From NCBI GenBank assembly GCA_022360275.1, contig JAKSDC010000019.1:2529-66528 (forward strand): a stretch of DNA of 64,000 bases. Direction: 5' to 3'. The notes beneath the pieces are model-generated. The model made no database searches. It was not told where the DNA came from and saw only the letters and a list, made by a program, of their open reading frames with translations. This document shows positions 19,819 through 30,455 of the stretch, piece after piece; position 1 is the first letter of the stretch; the number at the start of each line of letters is the position of its first letter. This DNA comes from Chlorobiales bacterium (lineage in GTDB: Bacteria > Bacteroidota > Chlorobiia > Chlorobiales > Chlorobiaceae). A program made the translations under genes and the position numbers.

Positions 19819-20673
19819 ATGCGGAAAAGTTACGCCACTCTGATCACGCTGCTGTTATTTATTGCATCCACCCCTGCAACATTTGCCGCCCCTACGTTAC
19901 GGACAATGTTCACCCCATTGCTTGCCGATCCCCTTGAACCACGCATTGCTGTTATGCCGCGGCTTGATGAAGACTACCTTGAGCTTGATATCGGCACGTC
20001 CGCCGATCTGCTTCAGACCAAAAACGGCCGCTTTGCGTTCGGCATCGATTTCGCCACTTACTCTCTCCTGGGTATGGAAGACAATTTTAAGTTTCCGGTC
20101 GATACGATCGATTACCTTTTCGGGGTAAGTTTTACATGGAAAAAGCCTCTTGACAAGGAGACTCTGCCGTTTGACGATCTTTGGGCAAGACTTCGTATCA
20201 GCCATATCTCCGCCCATTTTGAAGACGGACATTACGATGAGGAGGCCGATGAATGGATCAATGAGGAAGACAGTCCTTTCGGCATCCCGTTCACCTACAG
20301 CCGGGAATTCATAAATCTCGTCCTTGCTCTTTCCTCGGAAAAGTACCGTATTTATCTCGGCTATCAGTACCTTTTCCATACCATACCGGACGAAATCAAC
20401 CGCCACTCGCTCCAGGCCGGTGCTGAACTGTCGACTCCCGGAAACACCTATCTTGCAGCAGATTTCAAATTGCTTCCTGAATGGAATAATGAACTGCATA
20501 GAACCGACGGGTTCCGTGGCACATGGAGCCTTCAGGCCGGCTGGAGACTTTCAGTGCTTGGTCTTGACAATGTCCGCTTTGCCTATAACTATTATAACGG
20601 CCTGAGTAGTCACGGCATGTATTTTTATGATGAAGAAAGTTTCAGCTCACTTGGAGTGATTGTTGATTTGTAA
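19819..20673 (+). CDS. Exported, probable beta-barrel protein (DUF1207-like)
   Basis: Signal peptide; FTPLLADPLEPR and RISHISAHFEDG resemble DUF1207 motifs as I recall them; alternating aromatic beta-strands. Confidence 0.6.
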   Translation: MRKSYATLITLLLFIASTPATFAAPTLRTMFTPLLADPLEPRIAVMPRLDEDYLELDIGTSADLLQTKNGRFAFGIDFATYSLLGMEDNFKFPVDTIDYLFGVSFTWKKPLDKETLPFDDLWARLRISHISAHFEDGHYDEEADEWINEEDSPFGIPFTYSREFINLVLALSSEKYRIYLGYQYLFHTIPDEINRHSLQAGAELSTPGNTYLAADFKLLPEWNNELHRTDGFRGTWSLQAGWRLSVLGLDNVRFAYNYYNGLSSHGMYFYDEESFSSLGVIVDL

Positions 20674-20684
20674 CAAAATTTTAC

Positions 20685-20798
20685 GGGCGCCTCCATTTGT
20701 CATGAGCGGCTCAAGTGCAAGGCGAACGGAGCGCAGAAATCCCTTTCTATCCGTTCAACGAAGCAATTGAGCAGCGGAATAAATAAAGAGAGGTGCTC
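20685..20798. repeat. Palindromic repeat element, short class (copy C)
   Basis: Colinear with copy A (tgtcatgagcg..caagtgcaaggcgaacgga..cagaaa..aataaataaa..gtgc); degenerate terminal IR. Confidence 0.85.
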
Positions 20799-21111
20799 TT
20801 ATGTTCTGTATGCTCTACTTTTGTTCCTTAAATCGCCCTAAGTAGTTATCACAGCTTACATTCCCCCATATCACAGCAACACACCCCATATCACTGGTCA
20901 CAAAAGCACCGTAGTGAGTACTTTTCGGCGTATAATGCGGCTTCATTATAAAAGACTCCGAAAAGTAACTTCTTTTTTTAATCTGATTTATGTACATTTT
21001 ACGCTTGACATATACTTGTTCTTTTCGAAAAGCATGGCATACCCTGCACGAACGGCAGGAGTAAAATGCTTTTTATTTCGTAAGCAACACAAAACCTAAC
21101 GGAGAAAAACA

Positions 21112-22170
21112 ATGAAAAAACTGTTATCGCTTGTATTTGGACTCGCGATACTTGCTACGTCCGTGACTACGGCGGAAGCAGGTATCAAGATCAGCGGTGA
21201 CGCACAGGTTCGCCCGAGAGGTGAATTCACCAAGACCAAAGTAGACGGCGAAGAAACGCAAAGTCAGGAAGAGCTTTACTGGCTCTACAGACTTCGCCTG
21301 AAAATCGCTGCCGACCTTGGTGAAGGATTCTTTCTCAAAGCGCTGCTTGCAAACCATTCAGCGGGGTGGTTTGCTACAATAGGCGGTGACAAAGGGCCTG
21401 CATTCCCATCAAATCTTTCTGATTTCGGCCCCAACCACATGTACTTCGGGCGGATGATGCAAAATTCGCACTACGTTATGGGCTGGATGCCGGTCAACAG
21501 TTTCAATAATCCGATCTATGACCTTACGGTCTACCCTAGTCAGCCGTTGGGTATTCCTTACTTTCTGTTTGGAAACGACCGTATTTTCGGACTCAATTAC
21601 GGAGCTAAAGTCGGTCCGGGCGAGTTGAATGCCTCTCTCCTCGTGCTTGATGATTATCTTAAAGATACTGACGGCTTCTTCAGGGATGAGTATGCAATTC
21701 ATCTGATGTACAAAACCAACATCGGCGACATCACCATAGATCCGCAGCTTCTGGCAGCAATTACTGATTCTAACCTCTTTAGCATGGGCTACAACAATGT
21801 AGCTCCTTGGACATTCGGAACCAATGTTGTCATTCCTGCTGACGACATTAAATTCACACTGAGTGGGTTCTATACCACCTGTGACGACTCCGGTGTCGAT
21901 TACGACGGATATCTTTTCAGGGTCAAGGCTGAGCGCGGCCCGATCAGAGCCTGGGTCGACTACAGCAGCCTGAGCGATGACAGCTTCGGAGCTTCCGACG
22001 AGTACAAGAACATGTATGTATGGGCACAGTATAACTGGAAGGTTCATGAGTCCTCGATGGGCAGCTTCACGCTTTCTCCGACTGTACGCTATCTGACTAC
22101 AGACGAGAATAACGGTGACGAGGAATACCAGCGTCTGAGAACCGAACTTTGGGCACAGGTCACATTCTGA
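21112..22170 (+). CDS. Outer-membrane beta-barrel / putative porin
   Basis: Signal peptide ending in AEA; amphipathic beta-strands; terminal Phe (LWAQVTF, BAM signal). Confidence 0.75.
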   Translation: MKKLLSLVFGLAILATSVTTAEAGIKISGDAQVRPRGEFTKTKVDGEETQSQEELYWLYRLRLKIAADLGEGFFLKALLANHSAGWFATIGGDKGPAFPSNLSDFGPNHMYFGRMMQNSHYVMGWMPVNSFNNPIYDLTVYPSQPLGIPYFLFGNDRIFGLNYGAKVGPGELNASLLVLDDYLKDTDGFFRDEYAIHLMYKTNIGDITIDPQLLAAITDSNLFSMGYNNVAPWTFGTNVVIPADDIKFTLSGFYTTCDDSGVDYDGYLFRVKAERGPIRAWVDYSSLSDDSFGASDEYKNMYVWAQYNWKVHESSMGSFTLSPTVRYLTTDENNGDEEYQRLRTELWAQVTF

Positions 22171-22341
22171 ACGCTTCCGCTTATTTTCAGACGGGAATCG
22201 CTAAAGAAGAAGGCTGCCTCAAAAGGGCAGGTTAACGCAAAAATGGGCTACCTTTATAGATAGCCCATTGCATTTTGCTTCTTGTCAAAACTTCACACTA
22301 CCTCAGGTGTCTGTAAAGAATGTTTTTATGTAAAGCCCTGC

Positions 22342-22363
22342 CTTGTTAACAATTGTTAACAAG
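22342..22363. promoter_or_regulatory. Perfect 22-bp palindrome, candidate operator
   Basis: cttgttaacaattgttaacaag is its own reverse complement and lies about 90 bp upstream of the symporter operon. Confidence 0.6.
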
Positions 22364-22452
22364 ATTCATTTCCAATACATTTATTTTTTCATTAACTTGT
22401 TGCGGATCTTTTTCTTAAGACGCTTTTCAGAAAACCTTAAACCATTGATGTC

Positions 22453-22728
22453 ATGGAAAAAGGAAAACTACAGGAGTACTGGAAAACAAACCTCAAGTAC
22501 CTGATCGGGCTGCTTGCGGTGTGGTTTGTTGTGTCTTACGGTTTCGGGATTTTGCTTGCCGAACCGCTCGATGTAATCCGTTTCCCTGAATGGACCGGCG
22601 GCGGGGGCTTCAAGGTAGGCTTCTGGTTCGCCCAGCAAGGTTCGATCTATGTTTTTGTCATCCTGATTTTCGTGTATGTCAGCCTGATGAACCGGCTGGA
22701 TAAAAAGTATGACGTACACGAGGATTAA
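22453..22728 (+). CDS. Small subunit of sodium:solute symporter (DUF4212-type)
   Basis: YW+.NL, GFWFAQQGSI and two TM helices; directly upstream of the SSS gene. Confidence 0.88.
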   Translation: MEKGKLQEYWKTNLKYLIGLLAVWFVVSYGFGILLAEPLDVIRFPEWTGGGGFKVGFWFAQQGSIYVFVILIFVYVSLMNRLDKKYDVHED

Positions 22729-22774
22729 CCATCCCGATGCAGTTCTTCTCAACAATCATTAACAAAAAAACATT

Positions 22775-24550
22775 ATGGATGTACAAGCGTGGACGTATCT
22801 TATCGTCGGTTTGACTTTTGCGCTCTATATCGGCATTGCAATATGGGCAAAGGCTGGATCTACTAAAGAATTTTACGTAGCGGGTGCCGGCGTTCCCCCT
22901 TTGGCAAACGGCATGGCAACTGCAGCTGACTGGATGTCGGCAGCATCGTTTATTTCAATGGCCGGTCTGATCTCTTTCATGGGATATGACGGCTCCATCT
23001 ACCTGATGGGCTGGACCGGCGGCTATGTGCTACTCGCCCTGCTTCTCGCCCCGTATCTCAGAAAATTCGGAAAGTTCACCGTTCCTGATTTTGTCGGTGA
23101 CCGTTACTATTCCAACACAGCAAGAACCGTCGCCGTTATCTGCGCGATTTTTGTTTCCTTCACCTACGTTGCAGGGCAGATGCGCGGGGTTGGCGTGGTG
23201 TTCTCGAGATTTCTTGAAGTACCGATCAACATCGGTATTCTCATCGGTATGGGCATCGTGTTTTTCTATGCTGTACTTGGCGGTATGAAAGGCATTACCT
23301 ACACCCAGGTTGCCCAGTATTGCGTCCTCATCTTTGCATACATGGTTCCGGCTATCTTTATAGCAATCCAGATTACCGGCACACCCCTTCCCCAGCAAGG
23401 CTTCGGAAGTATGCTTACCCCTGAATACGGAGGAGGCTACCTGCTCGACAAACTCGACGGCCTTCACCGGGAACTTGGTTTTACCGCTTACACTGAAGGC
23501 AGCAAGCCCATGATCGATGTTTTCTTCATCACCTTCGCACTAATGGTCGGTACTGCCGGCCTCCCGCACGTCATTGTCCGATTCTTCACCGTTCCGAAAG
23601 TTCGCGATGCACGTGTTTCAGCAGGCTGGGCGCTTGTCTTTATCGCCTTGCTTTATACCACCGCTCCCGCGGTTGCGGCATTCGCTCGCTATAATCTTAT
23701 CACCACCGTCAGCAACACCCAGTATATCAATCTCCCTTCATGGTTCAAGACATGGGAAGGAACCGGTCTGATTGCCTGGGTCGACAAAAACGATGACGGT
23801 GCGGTTCAGTACGTCAAAGGCAAGGCATTCGAGGGCAAGCCGGTATTTGTGAAAGGCAAGGGCGCTGAGGGTCAGCGACTCATTTCCAACGAGCTTACCA
23901 ATAACAGGAACGAGCTGTATATCGACCGCGATATCATGGTTCTGGCAAACCCTGAAATCGCAAATCTTCCGGCATGGGTTATTGCCCTTGTCGCTGCCGG
24001 CGGACTTGCCGCTGCGCTCTCGACAGCTGCCGGTTTGCTTCTGGTTATCTCGACCTCTGTCGCACATGACCTGATTAAAAAACAGTTCAACCCTGACCTT
24101 TCCGAAAAAGCAGAGGTGACAATCGCACGTATTTCCGTTGCCTGTGCGGTTCTGATTGCTGGCTATTTCGGTATCAATCCTCCAGGCTTCGTGGCCCAGG
24201 TTGTTGCTTTCGCGTTCGGTCTTGCCGCATCGTCGTTCTTCCCGGTCATTATCATGGGTATTTTCTACAAACGAATGAACAAGGAAGGCGCAATCGCAGG
24301 AATGCTGTCCGGTATCGGCTTTACCGCAGCATACATTATCTATTTCAAATTCATCAACCCGGCTGCGAATATTTCGGATAACTGGCTCTTCGGTATTTCA
24401 CCTGAAGGAATCGGTACGGTAGGTATGATTATCAACTTTATCGTGAGCTTCATTGTGGCAAAAATCACGCCTGCACCGCCGGAAGACATTCAGGAACTGG
24501 TTGACAGCCTGAGATATCCGAAAGGAGCTGGAGAAGCTTCGATGCACTGA
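22775..24550 (+). CDS. Sodium:solute symporter, ActP/VC_2705 subfamily (probable acetate or other monocarboxylate permease)
   Basis: NGMATAADWMSAASFISMAG, GTAGLPHV, AAALSTAAGLLL; many TM helices. Confidence 0.9.
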   Translation: MDVQAWTYLIVGLTFALYIGIAIWAKAGSTKEFYVAGAGVPPLANGMATAADWMSAASFISMAGLISFMGYDGSIYLMGWTGGYVLLALLLAPYLRKFGKFTVPDFVGDRYYSNTARTVAVICAIFVSFTYVAGQMRGVGVVFSRFLEVPINIGILIGMGIVFFYAVLGGMKGITYTQVAQYCVLIFAYMVPAIFIAIQITGTPLPQQGFGSMLTPEYGGGYLLDKLDGLHRELGFTAYTEGSKPMIDVFFITFALMVGTAGLPHVIVRFFTVPKVRDARVSAGWALVFIALLYTTAPAVAAFARYNLITTVSNTQYINLPSWFKTWEGTGLIAWVDKNDDGAVQYVKGKAFEGKPVFVKGKGAEGQRLISNELTNNRNELYIDRDIMVLANPEIANLPAWVIALVAAGGLAAALSTAAGLLLVISTSVAHDLIKKQFNPDLSEKAEVTIARISVACAVLIAGYFGINPPGFVAQVVAFAFGLAASSFFPVIIMGIFYKRMNKEGAIAGMLSGIGFTAAYIIYFKFINPAANISDNWLFGISPEGIGTVGMIINFIVSFIVAKITPAPPEDIQELVDSLRYPKGAGEASMH

Positions 24551-24572
24551 GGCATTCAGGATCTTGTTCAGG

Positions 24573-24605
24573 AAAAGGCGCGGTTTCTCAACTGCGCCTT
24601 TTTCA
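24573..24605 (+). terminator. Rho-independent terminator
   Basis: Stem aaaaggcgcgg / ctgcgcctttt followed by a T-run. Confidence 0.8.
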
Positions 24606-24718
24606 TTTCCCGTACTGGATCTACAACAGCTTTGGCCACATGGGCCGTATAAGACCCCCAGCGGAAACCATTTATTTTCCACCTTGGTTCTTGAATTTCC
24701 AACCGCTCACCGTGATCG

Positions 24719-26665
24719 ATGATGGAAGAACCCGACAAAGGCCCAGTGAACAGGAAAAAAACAAAGCTTGACCAAAAAGCCGCTGCCCTGCCATCCGCAC
24801 CCGGAGTTTACCAGTTTAAAAACTCTTCGGGAAAAGTAATCTATGTGGGAAAAGCAAAAAGCCTTCGGTCAAGGGTTCGATCGTATTTCGGCAACAGCAA
24901 TCAGTTTTACGGAAAAACCCGGATTCTCGTCAATCATATCGCCGACCTTGAAGTCATCATTACCTCGTCCGAAGTTGAAGCCCTGATCCTTGAAAACAAT
25001 CTCATCAAGAAGTTTAAACCCCGCTACAATATCAATCTCAAGGATGATAAAACCTATCCTTACCTGGTCATAACCAGGGAGCCTTTCCCGAGAATATTCC
25101 TTACAAGACAGTTAAAAAATGACGGGTCGAGATATTTCGGACCATATACCGAAGCCCGCCAGCTTCGATCGGTGCTCGAACTGATCAGTTCGATATTCCA
25201 GGTCAGGAGCTGCAAGCTCAAACTGACCGCGGAAAATATTGAACGAAAGAAATTCACGGTTTGCCTGGATTACCACATTCATAAATGCAAAGGACCCTGT
25301 GAAGGATTTCAGTCTGAAACCGAGTACAACATTATGATCTCTGAAGTTGTCAGGCTTTTGAAAGGCAAGACTGCAGAGCTGACCCGCTCACTCACGGAAG
25401 AAATGTACCGGTGCGCAGAACAGTTGAAGTTCGAACAGGCTGCCGAGCTGAAAATGCAGATCAACGGATTGAAAAAATATGCTGAGCGCCAGAAAATCGT
25501 TACAACCGACCCGATTGATCGCGATGTTTTCGGAATAGCGAGACAGAGAGACGATGCCTGTGGAGTTGTCTTTAAAATCCGCGAAGGCAAACTGCTGGGG
25601 TCACAAAGAATGTATTTCTCGAATACGGAAGACGAACCCTTTGCAACACTGCTGTCGAAGTTTCTCGAAAAATACTATCTGGAAACCCCTGACCTCGTCC
25701 CGCAGGAAATTTTCACACAGGCCCCCCTGGCTGAAGAAGAATGGAAAGCTCTTCATACACTGCTTTCAAACACAAACAGACACGATAGGCCAGGCGGCAA
25801 AACAATACGCTTCATAACACCGCAACGGGGAGAAAAAGCCAAGCTTGTAGAGATGTGCGAGGAAAATGCCCGTCACCATTTGCAGGAATATTTGACGGAA
25901 AAACAGAAGCGCGGTGAAATTGCGCGGCAACATCCTGCCCTGGATGCTTTACAGAAAAACCTTCATCTGGAACATACTCCCAGACGAATCGAGTGTTTCG
26001 ACAACTCACATTTTCAGGGCAGTGATTACACCAGTTCCATGATATGCTTTATCGACGGGAAGCCCAGAAAATCCGAATACAGAAAATTCAAATTGCGGAG
26101 CATGAAAGGCTCCGACGACTATGCGGCAATGCATGAAGCGCTGGTACGCCGCTATAGCGGAAAGCTTTCGAAAGAACTTCCGATGCCTGACCTTGTCGTG
26201 ATCGACGGCGGAAAAGGTCAGGTTAACGTTGCCTGGAAAACCCTTGCCGACATGGAAATCAACGTGCCGGTCATCGGCCTTGCAAAACGTCTTGAAGAAA
26301 TCCACCTTCCTGGCGTCAGTGATCCTTTTAACCTTCCAAAAACTTCACCGGCTCTTAAGCTTCTGCAGAGGCTGCGGGATGAAGCACACCGATTCGCCAT
26401 AAATTACCACCGGAAATTAAGAGCCGCACGCACGCTGAAAACGTCCCTGACCGACATTCCCGGTATAGGAGAAAAAAGCGCCATGAAACTTTTGGAAAAA
26501 TTCGGCTCGATCGAACAGGTCGCAAAGGCTTCCCGGGAAGAGCTTCGGGAAATAACCGGCCGGAAAACCGCAGAGACGATCCTGAATTTTTTCAATGAGC
26601 CGGACACATCCGAAAACAACGATGACAGGGAACAGCTCACAGGAAACAATGGATTCAAAACCTGA
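24719..26665 (+). CDS. uvrC: Excinuclease ABC subunit C
   Basis: GIY-YIG (GVYQF..IYVGKAKSLR), UVR domain, RIECFDNSH, IDGGKGQ and HhH. Confidence 0.97.
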   Translation: MMEEPDKGPVNRKKTKLDQKAAALPSAPGVYQFKNSSGKVIYVGKAKSLRSRVRSYFGNSNQFYGKTRILVNHIADLEVIITSSEVEALILENNLIKKFKPRYNINLKDDKTYPYLVITREPFPRIFLTRQLKNDGSRYFGPYTEARQLRSVLELISSIFQVRSCKLKLTAENIERKKFTVCLDYHIHKCKGPCEGFQSETEYNIMISEVVRLLKGKTAELTRSLTEEMYRCAEQLKFEQAAELKMQINGLKKYAERQKIVTTDPIDRDVFGIARQRDDACGVVFKIREGKLLGSQRMYFSNTEDEPFATLLSKFLEKYYLETPDLVPQEIFTQAPLAEEEWKALHTLLSNTNRHDRPGGKTIRFITPQRGEKAKLVEMCEENARHHLQEYLTEKQKRGEIARQHPALDALQKNLHLEHTPRRIECFDNSHFQGSDYTSSMICFIDGKPRKSEYRKFKLRSMKGSDDYAAMHEALVRRYSGKLSKELPMPDLVVIDGGKGQVNVAWKTLADMEINVPVIGLAKRLEEIHLPGVSDPFNLPKTSPALKLLQRLRDEAHRFAINYHRKLRAARTLKTSLTDIPGIGEKSAMKLLEKFGSIEQVAKASREELREITGRKTAETILNFFNEPDTSENNDDREQLTGNNGFKT

Positions 26666-26782
26666 ACAGGATTATTCAGAAGGGTTTTATGAGAAGCTCT
26701 CTTTTTGCAAAAAATTCTTGTATATTTGTTTTGACATGTAGCAGAAGGAAACGAAGAAACGAAGAAATTATACTCTACATCT

Positions 26783-28183
26783 ATGAGCTTCCTTGACTTC
26801 TTTGATGAAGGCGGCAATTATGACACGAACGGTTCTTTCAGAAAAATTCAACTTGACGATCTCGATCTAACATCCATATATGATAGTGAAGAACTGATTG
26901 AAGTAATCAACCAGTTCAATGATGAGGGAAAGCATCAGGAAGCACTGACTGTCGCCCGTCATTTAGCCGAAACCGCTTCCTATAATGCAGAATCCTGGTT
27001 TCATCTGGGAAACTGTTTGACCGTCAACGGCATCTTTGATGACGCAAAAAGGGCATTTACAAAAGCTGCTCTGCTTAGTCCGGCAGACAGTGAAATGATA
27101 CTCAACCTTGCCCTTGCGCACTTCAATACAGCCGACTACCAGGCCGCTCTTGACAAACTTGATTCCATTGTTTTCGACTCATCTCTCGAAAAGGAATTGT
27201 ATTTCTACCGTGGGCTTATCCTGCAGAAACTGGAGCGGTACAAAGAGTCTGAACAGCACCTTGAAAAATGCCTTAGCCTGGCACCTGATTTTACCGAGGC
27301 CTGGTATGAGCTTGCTTTCTGCAAGGATGTGCTCGGAAAAATGGAGGAAAGTTCTGTCTGTTATCAAAAAACCATTGACCAGGACCCTTACAATGTCAAC
27401 GCATGGTACAACAAGGGACTTGTTCTCAGCAAACTGAAAAAATACGATGAAGCCCTCGAGTGTTACGATATGGCAATTGCTATCGCTGATGATTTCAGCT
27501 CTGCGTGGTACAATCGGGCGAACGTATTGGCAATTACAGGCAAAATAGAAGAAGCTGCCGAAAGCTATCTTAAAACCATTGAATTCGAGCCTGACGACAT
27601 CAATGCACTATACAATCTGGGCATTGCTTACGAGGAACTGGAAGAATACGACAATGCCATCTCTCACTATTCGCGCTGTATAGAACTGAAACCGGATTTC
27701 GCGGACGCATGGTTTGCCCTGGCCTGCTGCTATGAAGCCGACAAGGCATACGACAAGGCGCTGCAATCTATCAATCGCGCACTTGAGCATATTCCCGGTT
27801 CGATCGATTTCCTTCTTTTGAAAGCAGAGATTTATTACAATATGGAGCAACTGGATCTCTCGATTCAAACCTATGAGAAGATCCTTGAACTGGAAGCCGA
27901 ATCTCCACAGATATGGCTTGATTATGCTCTTGTCCTGCGTGAAGCCTCCCGGTATACCGAATCAATCAGCGCTCTTGAGAAATCACTGCAGCTCCAGCCA
28001 CAGTCTGCCGACGCACATTTTGAAATAGCAGCTACATATTTCGCTCTTGGCGATAAAAAAAGCACTATCAGTGCGCTGACAAAAGCGTTCACGATCGATC
28101 CCGGCAAAAAGCAGCTTTTCAAAAACGCTTTCCCTGAACTGTACAATCAGGATTCCATTCGTAAAATACTGGGAATAATCTGA
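26783..28183 (+). CDS. Tetratricopeptide repeat protein
   Basis: Roughly ten TPR repeats (AWYNKG, ALYNLG and similar). Confidence 0.9.
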   Translation: MSFLDFFDEGGNYDTNGSFRKIQLDDLDLTSIYDSEELIEVINQFNDEGKHQEALTVARHLAETASYNAESWFHLGNCLTVNGIFDDAKRAFTKAALLSPADSEMILNLALAHFNTADYQAALDKLDSIVFDSSLEKELYFYRGLILQKLERYKESEQHLEKCLSLAPDFTEAWYELAFCKDVLGKMEESSVCYQKTIDQDPYNVNAWYNKGLVLSKLKKYDEALECYDMAIAIADDFSSAWYNRANVLAITGKIEEAAESYLKTIEFEPDDINALYNLGIAYEELEEYDNAISHYSRCIELKPDFADAWFALACCYEADKAYDKALQSINRALEHIPGSIDFLLLKAEIYYNMEQLDLSIQTYEKILELEAESPQIWLDYALVLREASRYTESISALEKSLQLQPQSADAHFEIAATYFALGDKKSTISALTKAFTIDPGKKQLFKNAFPELYNQDSIRKILGII

Positions 28184-28201
28184 GCACCGGTACCTGATTG
28201 T

Positions 28202-29083
28202 ATGCACAGCGCAAAAAAAATCCTCGGACTGATTGGAAGAAACGTTGACTATTCCTATTCACCTTATATTCACAACACAGCTGCAGAAATCCTGCAGCTG
28301 CCCTATTATTATACGATTTTCAATATCCCGTCCCCCGATCTCGTCCCCCCGGCCCTTGAAGGTGCAAAAGCACTCGGCATAGCAGGCTTCAATGTCACCA
28401 TTCCTTACAAGCAGAACGTTGCTGCCTGCATGGATAAACTTTCTCCTGAAGCAGAAGCTGTTGGCGCGGTCAATACCATCGTCAATCATGCCGGAACGCT
28501 TGTTGGCTACAATACGGATATTGCCGGAATCATCACACCTCTCGAGCCATACAGGTCCATGATAGAAGGTCAGCCGATCGGGATTTTTGGCAATGGGGGA
28601 GCTGCGATGGCTGCGGTCGAAGCCCTGAACAGTCATTTTCGTTCCTCGGTCGTTCACCTGTTTACCAGAAACCGGGAAAAAGGCCGGGCGCTTTGCAATC
28701 ATTTCCGCCAGAAAACTCCTCCGGTATCTTTTTCAATCCACCCATTTAATGACTATTCGGCTCTCAGCCGCTGCAAACTCCTGATCAACGCTACGCCAAT
28801 AGGCACAAAAGGCGTGGATCCCGGAAACAGCAACAGCATCATCCCCCCCGGAACGGAGGCAATCCACCGCGGCCAGATTATTTTCGATATGGTTTACAAT
28901 CCCATGGAAACCCGGTTGCTGAAAACAGCCCGCGAGGCTGGTGCAGTAACGATTCCGGGAATCGATATGCTTATCGGTCAAGCATCCCGTTCATTCGAGA
29001 TCTGGACGGGGAAACCAATGCCCTCCGGACCGGTGAAAGAAAGGCTCCTGAAAATGCTCGATGCAGACAGCCGACCGTCCTGA
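28202..29083 (+). CDS. aroE: Shikimate dehydrogenase
   Basis: [42 protein letters not shown]. Confidence 0.93.
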   Translation: MHSAKKILGLIGRNVDYSYSPYIHNTAAEILQLPYYYTIFNIPSPDLVPPALEGAKALGIAGFNVTIPYKQNVAACMDKLSPEAEAVGAVNTIVNHAGTLVGYNTDIAGIITPLEPYRSMIEGQPIGIFGNGGAAMAAVEALNSHFRSSVVHLFTRNREKGRALCNHFRQKTPPVSFSIHPFNDYSALSRCKLLINATPIGTKGVDPGNSNSIIPPGTEAIHRGQIIFDMVYNPMETRLLKTAREAGAVTIPGIDMLIGQASRSFEIWTGKPMPSGPVKERLLKMLDADSRPS

Positions 29084-29123
29084 CGAACCATAATTCCTAT
29101 GATAATACCTTATCCACTCAATC

Positions 29124-29612
29124 ATGTTATTGTTGTTTATCGTTGCCTCCCTGGTTGTCCTCCTCGACCAGTTTACCAAACAGCTTGCAGTCAATCATCT
29201 GATGCGGAACGAAAAGAGCATCGTACTTATAGCTGACTGGCTGAAACTTACCTATACGGAAAACAGCGGCATTGCATTCGGTGTGTCTCTGGGGTCCCGA
29301 ACGGCACTCATCATCATCACAGCGCTTATTCTTGTCGCCCTGCTTCTCTACGTTGTCTTATCAAAAAATCGTAAGCCGTCTTTTCTTATAACGTTCGGCC
29401 TTATTTTAGGCGGAGGTATCGGAAACCTTATCGACCGCGCAACAATCGGCAGAGTGGTCGATTTCATCCACGTGGACATCTATCAGGGATACCTTTTCGG
29501 GTCCTGGGTGTCACTATGGCCGGTTTTTAACGTTGCCGACTCCGCGATTACCGTCGGGGCCTGCGTTCTTTTGATTTTTTACAACAGGATCTTCAATACA
29601 GATGTTCGTTGA
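29124..29612 (+). CDS. lspA: Lipoprotein signal peptidase II
   Basis: DQFTK, NSGIAFG, GNLIDR, VVDFI, FNVADS. Confidence 0.96.
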   Translation: MLLLFIVASLVVLLDQFTKQLAVNHLMRNEKSIVLIADWLKLTYTENSGIAFGVSLGSRTALIIITALILVALLLYVVLSKNRKPSFLITFGLILGGGIGNLIDRATIGRVVDFIHVDIYQGYLFGSWVSLWPVFNVADSAITVGACVLLIFYNRIFNTDVR

Positions 29613-30405
29613 CGTCCACTGCCATCTCTCCTTTCCTGACTTTGACAACGATCGGAACGCCGTTATCGACCGGCTACAGGAACACAACATCTCTTTGCTC
29701 ATCGATCCCGGCACCGACCCGGCAACAAGTAAACGCTCGATTGAACTGTCGACTTTTTACAAATTTATTTACCCGACGGTCGGACTGCACCCGCACGATG
29801 TTACCGACATGGTGCCTGAACAGACTTTCAGTGAGCTCGAGACTCTTGCAGCATCACCACGGGTGGTCGGCATAGGAGAAATCGGTCTCGATTATCACTA
29901 TCATGATCACCACCCCGAGCAGCAAAAAGCTGTATTTCGCATCATGCTCCGACTTGCAAAAAAACTTGATCTACCCGCGGTAATCCATAGCAGAGACGCG
30001 TGGGAAGACACTCTGAATATCCTCAATGAGGAAAAATGCTCGAATCTCCGGGGTATGATGCATTGTTTTTCAGGCAATACTGAAATTGCCCGTGAATGTA
30101 TACGGCTCGGGTTTAAAATATCTGTCCCCGGCACCCTTACCTATAAAAAGTCCTCTCTTCCAACTGTTGTCCATGACCTCGATATACAAGACCTCCTTAC
30201 CGAAACAGATGCCCCTTGGCTTGCGCCTGTTCCTTTCAGAGGAAAACGTAACGAACCGTCCCATGTGCGGTTCGTTGCGCAAAAAATTGCGGAAATCAAA
30301 GACCTTCCGCTTGAAACAACCGCCGGAATCATAAAAAGCACCGCACTTGATTTGTTTTCTCTTTCAGCAACCAGCGACAAACACCGGGAAAAAAGAAATC
30401 CGTGA
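29602..30405 (+). CDS. tatD: TatD-family nuclease
   Basis: DVHCHL, GLHPH, GEIGLDY, IHSRDA, MHCFSG, ETDAP. Confidence 0.93.
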   Translation: MFVDVHCHLSFPDFDNDRNAVIDRLQEHNISLLIDPGTDPATSKRSIELSTFYKFIYPTVGLHPHDVTDMVPEQTFSELETLAASPRVVGIGEIGLDYHYHDHHPEQQKAVFRIMLRLAKKLDLPAVIHSRDAWEDTLNILNEEKCSNLRGMMHCFSGNTEIARECIRLGFKISVPGTLTYKKSSLPTVVHDLDIQDLLTETDAPWLAPVPFRGKRNEPSHVRFVAQKIAEIKDLPLETTAGIIKSTALDLFSLSATSDKHREKRNP

Positions 30406-30455
30406 GGCTTTGAAATGCGGAGAGACTTGCTTAGGTTGCTCATCAAGGTTTACAA

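Noticed and set aside
18801-26728. TAnnTTTG Bacteroidetes-type promoter boxes at 18801-18808 and 26721-26728
   Set aside because: Short motifs that are common in AT-rich DNA; not supportable without TSS data.
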